Assembly: GCA_051294375.1 (NCBI GenBank)
Contig: CM119271.1
Location: 3,255,061-3,319,060, forward strand
Origin: Paraspadella gotoi
Taxonomy: Eukaryota > Animalia > Chaetognatha
Length of the DNA stretch: 64,000 nucleotides
Direction: 5' to 3'
This document shows, in pieces, positions 40,301 through 52,800 of the stretch (positions are counted from its first letter, which is position 1; every line of letters begins with the position of its first letter). Position numbers and translations under genes: made by a program. The notes beneath the pieces are model-generated. The model saw only the letters and a list, made by a program, of their open reading frames with translations, made no database searches and was not told the origin of the DNA.

Positions 40301-43300
40301 AAATAACTTCACAACGAATTCAAAACATTGTAATGCTTACTTGCCACTCATTTCGACTGGAGCAATCAGAAATACCAGGAGTCAACTTTTTATTATTCCT
40401 ATTTCCATTTTTGTCCATTATGGCAGGTTTTGGTATCCTTAATATAGACAAAAAAAATTTGGTTTTCAACCTGTATGACTTTTATTATACGTTATCGGCC
40501 ATTGTATTCAACCTCACCAACTCACTCCCCCAAGGAACAACGATCACCTGCCATCATTGAGCCCGTATCGCGGATCTCCGTTCCACTCGAAAGCCACGTT
40601 TGGGAGGATGGAGCCGCCCGAAGCTGTACCGAGTAAAGTCCCGTCTTCGTCGTTGATCAGCAATTGGCGCATCGCGTCGCACGTCATGTCTTTCAAGGGC
40701 AAAAGAGGAAAAGGGAGGAAAAATGGAAATGAAAAACGAGTAAAGAAAAAAGGAAAGAAAAAAAATAAAGGAAAAAGGAAAGAAAAAAGGAAGAAGGAAA
40801 AAGGAAGAAGAAATGAAAAAGGAAAAAAAAAGGAAGAGCAATGGGGGGAAAAAGGGAAGGAAAAATAAATCGTCAAAAAGGGATGCTAAAAATAATTAAT
40901 ACTATTAATAATAGATTTTTAACGAAGCTTATATGTACATTAGGGTGGAGTGATGAAAAGATTAAGCGAGTTAACAATATTTTTTTACTGCCTCTGAATA
41001 AAAATTTAAAAAAATTATATATAATTATATAATAGTAAAGCAAATTATATTTTCTTTATAATAATATCCTTTTAAATATGTAAAATTCCAAATTTATTTT
41101 TTTTGTTAAATTTTAATAACAAATTCGGATTCGCCAAAAAAAGTAAACTTTTATAAAATGTGTTATATAATATTTCAATGTTAAATCTGTAAAAAAATGA
41201 TAAAAATGAAGTAACATATAATAGTTTTTATTACAGAGCATTAAAAAATTATAAATTATAACTTTTTTCCCTTTTAACACTGAAGATAAATAAATTGTGA
41301 ATATGCTTTATATTTTTGATCTAACCTTTTATGAAAAATCTGAATCTTTAATAAAAATTTTTAAAAAATTATTAAATTTCTTATTTTATAAGGATAATAC
41401 TATAAATATATTGTATTTTGATTTTATGTTCCCAAAACAATATTAACCAAATACTTATATTCAATAATCATACTATCTCGCATAAAATTATGATTGTTAA
41501 TTGATTCAAATCAAATTTTTGTTCACAAGTGCTCCACTCAAACATTCTGGAGGCGTGGGTTCGAATCTCACGGCTGCCACCACATTTAAGTAAGTAAGTA
41601 AGGTATCATAATTTTAGACAGATGGATTCAATACAAAATGGTCAAGTATTTATACAATACAATCGGATCATCGACACGGGCTCGTTTCCCGATGGCGGGA
41701 AGCCTCTCTTCTCATTGGTCCGTTTCGATGATTAGATGATTCATCCAATCAGAGAGTCCTCGGTGGATTTCATACGAGCCGCGGAACTGATTCCATTCTT
41801 GGTTCCCGATTCCATCTGCGATGCTAATGTACTTAATATTACGGTTAAGTCTTACCGATACAGTCGGCCGGATTAGCCTTCTTGACGTCCGGTTCAGTAA
41901 AAAAGGCGAGCTGCCTATGGACGACATTCACTAATGTAAGGGACGAAGTGTAAATAGGATGTTGAATGTCCTGTACGTTGCGATTCGACGAGAATATCAC
42001 AGCCCCCTTTGTCGTTCCGCAGAGTTCCGGCTCAAAGTTAGCAAATATCGTCAAGCGGACGGTCATGAAGCCCTAAGAAGGATCGGGCAAAGTGTTTTTA
42101 GCCGTCTAATGTCTAGTGTCTATCCGTCCCATTAGCTAAAATTTCAACGATTTCAAACGTTAAAAATTGAATCGGATGATGTGCTAATGAAATTATCTCT
42201 TATAATTAAATAATACGATTCCAGTAGTGTAATTGACGAAAGCACTGACGCTTCATCTCCGAACCTAATGCCACCTCAAGTCTCCCACACTAAGTGAGGG
42301 GGCTTATCGACACCGTCAGAGGGGCATGGCTCTCCACTTGGTCACTTCAACATGTTCTCGATTGGGTTCGATAGAATTGTAATTAAAACTATAATAAATC
42401 GCTTACTATTATTCTTTTTAATAAAAAAAAAAAAAGTTTGAGAAAACAATGTCGGATCTGCCCACGATCATTAGCGGTAAGCAGCAGATCAGATAATTAA
42501 TCAATCAATTAATTAATTAATAATTTAAATAATTAATTATTTTTTTTATTTGTGTCAAAATCGTTTTCCAGTTTGTCTCGCCTCTCAAGGGCAAAACAAC
42601 AATCTCGATAACAAAGTTAATTAATAATAATAATAATTAATTAATTACAAAATAATTAATAATTTATTAATTACTAATTTATTAATAATTAATTAATGCA
42701 GCTTGAATTTACTTTTAATATAAAAAGAAAAAGCATAATCAAATGAGGAAATAGATTTTTTTGTTTTTTCCATTTTAACTTCTACTTCGATTCCATCACA
42801 CACTTTCCTTCCCATATACAAAATTTCATTCTAATTTTTCCATCTAATTATAAATAAAAATAAGGAAAAAATTCAGGTAAATGTAACTTGTTTTTTCCAT
42901 TTTAACTCATTTCCAATCGGACGATTCTACCGAAACTAGATTTTCTGCTCAATAACACACTTTTTTACCCACATACAAAATTTCAAATCAATCACCCCAT
43001 ACAATCATGAGCGTTCAAAGCTAACCGGGGACGGACGGACATCAATTTTTTTTGCATAATTTCTCATAATTCGATATTCTAAATGACTTACCGGCAAGAT
43101 TTTGGGGTGGGACCAACGGACCGACAAAGTGGATTATAGAGCCGAGATCTGCTGTAAGCAGATCCGGCTGAAAAAACTTTTTGCAAGAACGGGTATAAAT
43201 TAGTGTAGTGTGGCGGTATATTTACACCGGAACGGCGAACGCACTATCCCAACCGTGCTTTCTAACCACAGACACAGTCCTGACGACTGCCCTCTATGTT

Positions 43301-46300
43301 GGCAAGGCGAGACACTAGGGTAACCGCGCCAGTGGCAGGCGCCGCCACTGAGGGTCAGAAGCCCCTAAAGCAAACAGTGAGATGCCCCATCTCAATGGGC
43401 ATCACAGGCAACCCGGCTGTTGCTCTAGTTTATAATTTATAATTTATAATTTATTAACGTAGTACTAGTAGACTACAGGTCCATTCCGTTAATAAAGACT
43501 TTTCCGTTTTTTCTTATTCTTTTGAAGACCAACTAATTTAGTAACGCACAGAGTAAACTCTCATACCCCGAGGGCGGGGTAGCTTGTAGATCCGAGGCAA
43601 CCCATTTTGGGGCAGCTGTTGAAAGTAGAAACAAAGGCGGGGAAAAAGACGGCCACCCTTATGACATTTTCGGGTAGGGAGGGCGTGTAATGACCGCTTG
43701 ACTCGACGTTGCTGGGATAAAATGAAAAAGAAACTAAAAATAGACTATGGGGTAATTTGGAAACAAAGGCTTTGCCAGCGTTAGGTTTATTTTCTCGTGA
43801 GTTTTTGCGATTTACTTTATCGAAATTTAAAACGAGAAAAAAAAGTTAAGAGACGAGAAAAACATAAGCCAAAAACGATAACTTTTTTTTCCTGCACTGA
43901 TAAGCAAAGACTGACTTGATCTTTTCTTTGCAATCAAAGTTCCCGCTGGTGCCGACGATAAGGCTTCGCTCGATGACGACCTTTTTGGCTACGTAGATGT
44001 TGGATAACGAAGGCGGACCGATGACCATTGCGTGGACGCCGACAGTATTGTCGATCAGGTGGGAATTAGTGATGAGCACTTCTGCCGCGGTCTAGAGGGT
44101 CATCAAATGATCAATTTAGCGACTTAAATTTTAAGTTAAAACGTAGAGAAAATTCGAAATTTGACTCGAATCCAAATTCTTATTCGTGAAGAATGAACAA
44201 CTTGGTACTAATAAACAATGCATTAAAAAATTTTCTAATCATTTTTTTTTATTTATGCTGCTGCCACAATATAATATAATTTAAATAATAATACAAAATA
44301 AAATGCAAGTCAAAATTTAAAAGATTTTTTTTTTAATTTGTATTTTTTTTTTTTTGAAAGATTTGATTTGTCAGTTACAAAGTCAAAATACAGCTTAAAA
44401 CTTGAAAAAAAATTTAAAAAACATCTGTAGAAATGATTTTTAAATAACATTAATTTTGCCTCTCAATCAGAGTTGATGATTGTCTTATTCTGGTTACTAA
44501 AAATTCCCCCATAGCAACGCGTCATGATGCTCTGCTTCTACTTGCCTAGCAACAACTATCTTAATGGTTGTAAGAAATAATTAGCTATAAAAATTGGTCC
44601 TAGTGCACAAAGATTGACACTATAGAATATCAATCCCAGTCCCTGATTAGTCAATTTTAAATTTGATAGCCAACTCTAGTTTCTGATTGGTTCACTATTA
44701 GTAAAAAAAGGGACATTTTTTGTAGTATTCTAGGGCGTTCCGTAAAAACACTGTTTGAATATTTTGTAATTTTATTTAAATAAAGTATTAATTTTCTATT
44801 CCTTTTAACTTTAGGCTGACCATTTGCTACCAAAGTTATTATCTGCAACTGTCTCACTGTCAATAAAGGTACTAAATTAAAAAGATGTCTACTTAATCCA
44901 AGGTTTTGATTATTTAATCTATAAAAATTCAAGGAATGCTCTAACCCAAACAACATCAATTTTAGATACAGTGGCACTGTCAGTGCTGAGCATTTTTTTT
45001 TTTTTTTGACCATGCATTCAAACCATTTGGCTGGCTCATTTTTCTGGCCTTGAAAAATGAACCAGCCAAATGGTTTGAATGCATGGTTTAAAAAACTCAG
45101 CACTGTATCCCAAAACGACATTTTTTTTATTCAAACTACTCTGTGTATTCGATGACATTTAACAATCTACGAAATAGAGCTTTTTTAAAAAAAAAGTTTT
45201 GAAAAAAATAATAAAAGCTAATATTTTAAGCTTAAAAATAAATTGTCATATAACTATAATTTTAAAAAATTTTTAGCCATTTTACTGAAAATTCAATTCA
45301 TTCATTCAATTTCATTCATGTTGTTATGAATGAATTGAATTTTCAATTTTGTTATGAATCAAAATTAACAAGCAAACCTTTTGGTTTGTACACTTTCTTC
45401 GTTTAGCGTTATAGAAATGATGGTGACAATTCTGTGAAGATCATCATCCAAGACTAATTGTTTACCGAATACCGATGCATAATTTTAGTTTGATTATTGT
45501 TGATTAATATCACTGTATTCCTTTTTACAGCTTTGTGAGCACCGTATTACCTATTTAATAAAAAAATACGAGTTCTGTGTCTCATTATCAATTGTCGTCC
45601 CCTGTTCTCATGTTATTAATCACAGTGGGCTCCTTTGTGGTTGACCGTACCGCCCCGTGATTAACTGACATTGTGGTCTACGCGTTAGAGGGTCTCGTGC
45701 TTCTCAAGCCCGGCAGGCGACCGCCGGCATCGCCCACAACAACCCAGCTTGCCACGAAGCAAAGGCTTAGTTGCTGCTTGGGAATTGGGACAATTTACAA
45801 TTTACAAATCAGAATTTTTTTTATGACCATTATAACAATCACCAAAATCAATTCTCATTGCTCAATTTCAATTTTCAAATATAATAGTTTATTAAATGCG
45901 AAACTAGCGTTGTACAGTACCACCTTAAATCCATTTTCATTCCGCCAACCTCAGTGGCTCAGAGGTGTGTTCTATCCACCGAGCCACTGAGGATCAAAAG
46001 CCCCTAAAGCCAACAGATTGGTTGCCCCATCCATAAAAGTTAACATGACAAGCATTTGCAATTTTCCATTAAAGAAATGGAGATTCAATAAAAAAAAATT
46101 TATAGAAAGCGATCGAACCCGTTCGTATTTTTTCTATCTTACGTTTATCCAAAATCCAATGAAGGAGTTCTTCCAGAGTCGGAACCCGTTGAGTTGAATA
46201 CAGGGCGGCACGCCTCCTCTAAGTTTCATTTTGTATCTTTGATAGAGGCTTTGGGAGACGCCGACCGCTATTGAGGTGGCATGAACGATGTTTCCGTCCC

Positions 46301-46832
46301 AGAGTCGCTCCGGTTCGCAGGATTGAGCGGAGGTTCGAATGCCAAGTTTCTGGGATCCGGCAACGGTGTTATCTTTCAAGATGATATTGTCCGCGTTGTC
46401 TGCAAAGAATTAAATAAAAACAAAATTAGATAATAATCATGGAAATTAGGAAATTACTTGCATCACTATTTTCTTTTTTTTTATAAAAGAATATATCTTT
46501 CTAATTTTAATTAAAATACATTATCAAATTAAACGTTATTAAATAATCTAAATTATAAATAACGCATAAAGCCAACCCACAAGATTGGTTCAAAGCCGCT
46601 CCATAGCTGCTAGAAAGGGTTAAAGAAGTTATGGATATACTTCTTCAGTCCACTTAGCGCCTTATCCACAACACAACCACACCCACTATATTGATCGTAT
46701 AAAACAAAATGACCATAAACACAACCACCATTACAACTAACACCAAAATCATAGTCGTTCAAAATCTTTGACTTTCTTGGAAATAATTACATACTGTCCT
46801 TTCTCAAATCTGTGTTGGAAAACTTTGCCCTT

Positions 46833-46888
<56 letters not shown>

Positions 46889-49800
46889 TGTCTTCTTTAT
46901 GCACAAATTTGAAATATAATTCACAAGTCTTTCAACGCTGATGAAGGCTTGTAATCAAAGCCGAAACACGTCCGTTTCTAAACTGAAATAAAACAAATCG
47001 TTGTCACAAACAAATCAAACTTTTTTCCTTCAAATTCCTAATTCTACGAAACGAAAGGATTACACAATAATTTTAATGCTGAAAACATTATAATTTTTAT
47101 CAACATGCATCATAAGTCATATTCTATTTTTTTTACAAGAACTCAAGGAATCAAGGACAGACATAATAGAATTTGAATATATAGTATAAAGTATATTCGA
47201 TTTTATGATAGTAATAGTAGTTTTTTAGACCTTAATGAAAGAGAAATAATTTCGTAAGAGGTTTTATGTGCACTGTGCAGTTTTTAGTCGGATCTGCTCA
47301 TCATCCTGACTCTATAATCCACTTTGTTGGTCCGTCGGTTCACCCCCTTAATCTTGTCGGGCATTAACTTATATCATGTCAGAACATCGAATTATGATAA
47401 ATTATGTAAAAAAAATTATGTCCGTCCGTTCGTCCGTCTGTCAGTCAGTCCGTCCCACATTAGCAAAAAACTCTAATTACTCATGATTGGATGGATTGAA
47501 ATGAAATTTTGTGTGTGGGTAGAGAAGAGTGTGATTGAGATGGATAAGAAGTTTCGATGGAATCGTGCGAGTGGAAATGAGTTAAAATGGAAAAAACAAA
47601 AAATATAGTTGTCTATTGCCAATTACTCATAAGTGGATGGGGCGAATGACTTGAAATTTTGCATGTGGGTAGGAAAGTGTGTGTTTAAGCTTGAAATAAA
47701 GTTTCGGTGAAATCGTCTGAGTGGAATTGAGTTTAAATGGAAAAAACAATAAAACTTGTTTCATTAATTGATTAATGATTGTTTCTTTTTCTTTTTATAT
47801 TAAATGTAAATGCAAGATGTATTAATCAATAATTCATTAATCAGTCAATTAATCAATCAATTAATTATTTAATCAAACAATTTATTTATCGACTAATAAA
47901 TTATTCAATTAATTTATCAATTAATTAATTATTTAAACCATTTGAACCATCTAATAAGTCAATCGTTATTGGCATTATTGTCGTCATCGCCATCATTTTC
48001 GTCATTGCTAGTTCGACCTAAAAACAAACATTTCAGTCTTTTTTTTTTTTTGCAAAGACATAATTCTTAACAATATTTTCAGAATTCAATTCTTCGGAAT
48101 AATTAGTAATTATTTTAAAATTTGTTTGTTAATTTTTACAGAATAAATTATTGATTATTACCGTAACGTTCATTTTTAAAATTTAGTAAAAACAATTTTT
48201 ACTATTTTTTATCTCTCTCTCAAAAACCTCCACCCACGGTCCCACAACAATACTCATAATAACCTAAACAACTTTAACAAAATACCAAAACCATTATATC
48301 AACTACAAGCATAACGACACAATGACCACAACTACCATAGCTAATGTTGTCAACAGTGTCAACCATCATGGCATTGTGGACACAAATAACTTGTTGCGTC
48401 CACATCAAATCAATTTAACTCGAGGATCTTTCATATGGTAAATATAAAGACTAAGATTAAGATAGTAACATTAACAACGAACCTATTTCAATGGCGGCCT
48501 CCATCTTTTTATTTTTGTCAACAACTTTGTTCAAAGTAATACTTCGGAAAATCGGCTCCCAATAATTCCCGATGACGAGGTTGGACGAAACTTCGTTGCT
48601 ACTCGAATCGACAACAATGGCCGATCCTACGGTCCGGTGCATGACATTACCCACAACCTTTAAAAAGTTGGAGCTAAAAACACCGATGGCGATGGAGAAT
48701 CCCGAATGGAAGGAGCACCCGGTTACTGAGGAAGTTTTCTGAAAAAGATCAACATCCACGAAAGCCAGCGAGTAGCGGGGATCGTCCTTATCTGTCCATC
48801 CCAATTGTCCAGTCTGGTCAAATTCGACGTATGAAAAGACGCCGGACCCAATAAATTTCGAATGACGGGAAACCAAGACCCGAGCTCCGAAATTTCTTTC
48901 TTCCTTAATCGAATCTCTGACTTCACCCTTGATGCGAATGTTTCGATTTAAAAGGCCCACTTCAGCTCTCAGAAAATAGTCGATACCACCAGCCGTATGC
49001 GACTCTCCGAGATGCTTGTAATTGAGACTATCCTTTAGCGTAATCTTGTTAATAGAAAGATCGATAGCGACGATAATAGTTCTCTCATCGGCCATTGGGT
49101 CGTAAGAAGTAGAGGATATGACGATTTCGTCTCCGGGGCCCCAATCCACAGCGTCCCTTACATATATCTCGTTGCTTCCCACATCCGCCGTTTTAACCAA
49201 AGCCGTCCGTGTGAAATTGCGCGGTTTACCATAGAATAAACATTCTTGGAAGCAGACCAACGCTTTACTCAATATTTTATCAGTATAATTCAGGGCAGGA
49301 GTGTATATATTACCAGTTAGAATAATTGTAAGTAACCCTTGAAACGGTTTTTCTGGGGTGCCGGCGACAATTCTGCCCAAGACCAAAATGGCTCGAGCTT
49401 TAATAACGATTTCTTCGAATCTTCCAGATTCAATTTCTAGGACACCACCTGCACGTATCCACAATTCTCCAACTTCAAAACGTGGTAAGTCAAGGACAAC
49501 CCAGTTATGGCTAACAATTTCAGCTATTTCATTTTCTGTGGGAATCGCCTTTCCAGGCCAAGTCTCAGAATCGCTCGCTCTTTGAAAAACGTCAGGCCGG
49601 TCATCTGGCATGTCTATAGGTTTTTCCTCTGGCACTATGCATTCTGGATAAAAACAACGATATACTTGAAGAATGATGTTTTTGTTGCGGTCAAATTGGG
49701 GAGCAGGATCAGGTTGACCAAGATAGTCAAATGCTGCAACCTTATAGGAGAAAACGTTGTAATTGTAATCAAAATAAAAGTCTCCATGGACGTTAATAGA

Positions 49801-52800
49801 ACTTAATGGATCTGGAGAAGGTTCTTCTATTTCGTCATCAAGTAAATGGGCACGATCAATTCTTTGAGCTAATTGATGCTTTATTATCAGAAATTCATTC
49901 GATCTGAAATCGTAAAAAGTTCCAGAGTATGAAATATTTGTGAATTGCTCTGAGTCAACAAACTCCATTACGTATGTTTCTCCTTCAACTAACGTCACCA
50001 TCCATCCAAACTTATGCGTGAGTCTTTTTTCTCTAAATGGAACACGGGTACTTCCATATTTATTAGTAAATATAACATCTCGAAATTCTAAAGAAGTTGG
50101 TGAAGGTTTATTAAAAGAGAAACGATGAAACTTTAAGTTTCGGCATTTCATAGCAGGGAATCCCAAAGAGAATTCGGGACTCTCCTGGCATTTGTCCGGC
50201 GGTAAGGCGTCATTCTTTGTAACGATTTTTGCAAAATCTTGTTCCTGTTCAATTCCGAAGTAAGGTGTATTAGTCAGTGAACCATCCAAGTCAATGAAAA
50301 CACCGTCGTGATCCCATCGGAATGCTGCTTTGTTAGGCGAGTTATTATATGTTATGTCTTTGAAGTGATATGGATAACCACCACATTTAAAGCCACATTT
50401 TCCATCTATTTTAGTAATTCCTAAGCACGCACAATTTGATCTTTCAAAATTTATAAACTCAACCTTATCTATTGTAAGACCTGCACTGAAAGGCAAAACT
50501 AAGCCACGATGCGTACATTCATCCGGTCCCTCTTCAGCAGTATGACCGACAACAATACTATCTTGCAACTTCGCTCCGTTATCGCCCCAGGGTGGGTTTT
50601 GTACAATCAATTTCCATTCGACTGCAGCTTTCTCATTTGATACAGATATTACGTCTACCAACTGTATCGCTCCCGTATTCACAAGTTCCAATCCCTTTTC
50701 GTTATGCCACGTACGAATGCCCTTAAAGATAGTGGGTGCGTTTACTTCAGAATCACATTTTGACCCGATCTTAGGATATAATTCGGGAAATACCCAAAGT
50801 GCAAACCATCCATTAGAATGGGCAGTATTATTACTAAATTCTCCGATTTCTACGTGTCGGCAGCAAACAGTTTCGTCGTGGGAAGGACCTTCAGGATGCG
50901 ACAGCATTCTGTACCAAAAACCGAAATGAGTACCACCCGCTGCATGATTATAACGAATAGTATTATTTGCATTAGTTACCCAAAATGCTGCAGGAGTGAT
51001 GTCATCATTTCTCAAAGAGTTGCTCATTCTTACAAAAACAGCCAGGTTGCGCTCAAAAGTGTTTCCATGTTCTATACCGTCTTCTAAGAAAAATGCTCCT
51101 CCCATTATATTATACACAACTGTAAGTTCTACAAGAACTTCATGAGTTCCATGGATATTAACAGCTCGATTAAATGATTTGTGAATCGCACAACCACGTA
51201 CGTATGAATTCTTCATGTATCCGTTTATGTGAAAATGGATGGGATATCGACCCAATCTGAACGCTTGACCTACGTAATTCAGCTCTATATATTCAAATAT
51301 AGCTTGAACCCAATTCTTGCTTTTCTCGGGAGCATGAATCATTATGTGCGCTCCAAATTCATCTGTTCCAACTTCATCCCCGAATCTTCCCTGAAAACAA
51401 GTCTGAGTAGCAAACTCTCCAGTATTAAAACCTTTTTCACACGCTTTTATTTCGGTGTGCCAATCTTTATTGTTGTAGCCTTCGATAAGTATGTTTCGAG
51501 TCAACAATCCAACTTCTGCTCTTTTCTCCAGAATTTTGTCTCCAAAATTTATTGTTATTCCAAGATGTTGATATTCCAAAGCTTTATCTAGTTTTAGACG
51601 ACGTCCACCGTCCAAAACCATCGTGATCACACGCTCCTCGCTCTCTCGCTGGCTATGACGTTTTCCAGTCGTAGCTATGACAATGTGATCATTTATTTTC
51701 CAGTCAACCGCTTGAACAAGAACAATCTCATCGCTTCCTGACATTGCAGTTTCATTCAGTAAAGTCCAAGTTGGATTACATGGACAGCCAAAAAAACCGA
51801 TCGTGCCATTTCTTAATGCTATCATCTTGCTCCCGTATACGGGTAGCTCTTTGGACAATGCATGTCCATGAAGAGTTATTCTTGCTTTATGAGTGAAGCA
51901 TTGCTCTTTGCTTCCAATGAAAAAGTTTCCGCCGTGAGTGATGAGAATATATTCTGCTTGCAGCCATATATCTTTCTCATCGAACAATAGAGTCCCCCCT
52001 TTGATAAGAAGCACTCTCACTCTCACGTCAATGTCTAGCATAAGGGTCTCTCCTTCCGGAACAACGACCAAAGTTTCCGCATCTGGAAAGCTCTTTTTGC
52101 CCCAAGTGTATGGAGACGACCAGACGTCTATATAGTGGTAAATAAATTCTTGCGTCTGAATCGCTTCGCCTTTGCCGTAGATTACCACTTGAATTTCAAC
52201 TTTCGCCGAGGGTCTTCTTGCTCCTGTCCTGCATATAATGGTTGTTAAGTTGCACTCAGAAACTACGCAGGTAACGCCTCCTACCAAGACGTCGATATCT
52301 ATACAATTATCGGACAATCCTCTGCCAATCATCGTCAATTCTGTACCGCCGGCCGTTCCTCCTCTAAGATGCGACACGCCAGAAATGACGGGGGTCAAGT
52401 CTGATTTGTAGGTGAAGGCTCCGTGCAACGTTGACTCAGCATCCCCGCTTTTTATCGTCACGTCACAAACTTGAACTGTGTCATTTTCAAAGTCGGTATA
52501 AGGAGACGTATCGCATTCGATGGCTGTCGCGTTGCTCTTTTCCCAGTCGATCTTACACGTTTGATTACAAATGCATACCTCTGTTTTGTTAATAGCAAAA
52601 CCAGAGGCGGATACTGTAAGTCGAGACCCGCCCCCCATTCCGCCCTCATGGTTACTGACGCTTTTAATTTTTAGTTCAAAATCGAACGTGGAACCGTTGA
52701 CATCTGCTTCTCCGAGACATGTGACAATAGATAAATGATACAAGCCGGGACCTTCGGAAGGATCGGACAGCGTGCAATTAATTGTTGTCGCATCCTCGGA

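Noticed and set aside
42270-42345. GTCGATAAGCCCCCT on the minus strand, resembling a twister L4
   Set aside because: No UAA/P2/GCC core could be placed and the loop length is wrong.
43275-43312. CTGACGA as a hammerhead core
   Set aside because: No GAAA partner, and not conserved in copy 2 (CTAACGA).
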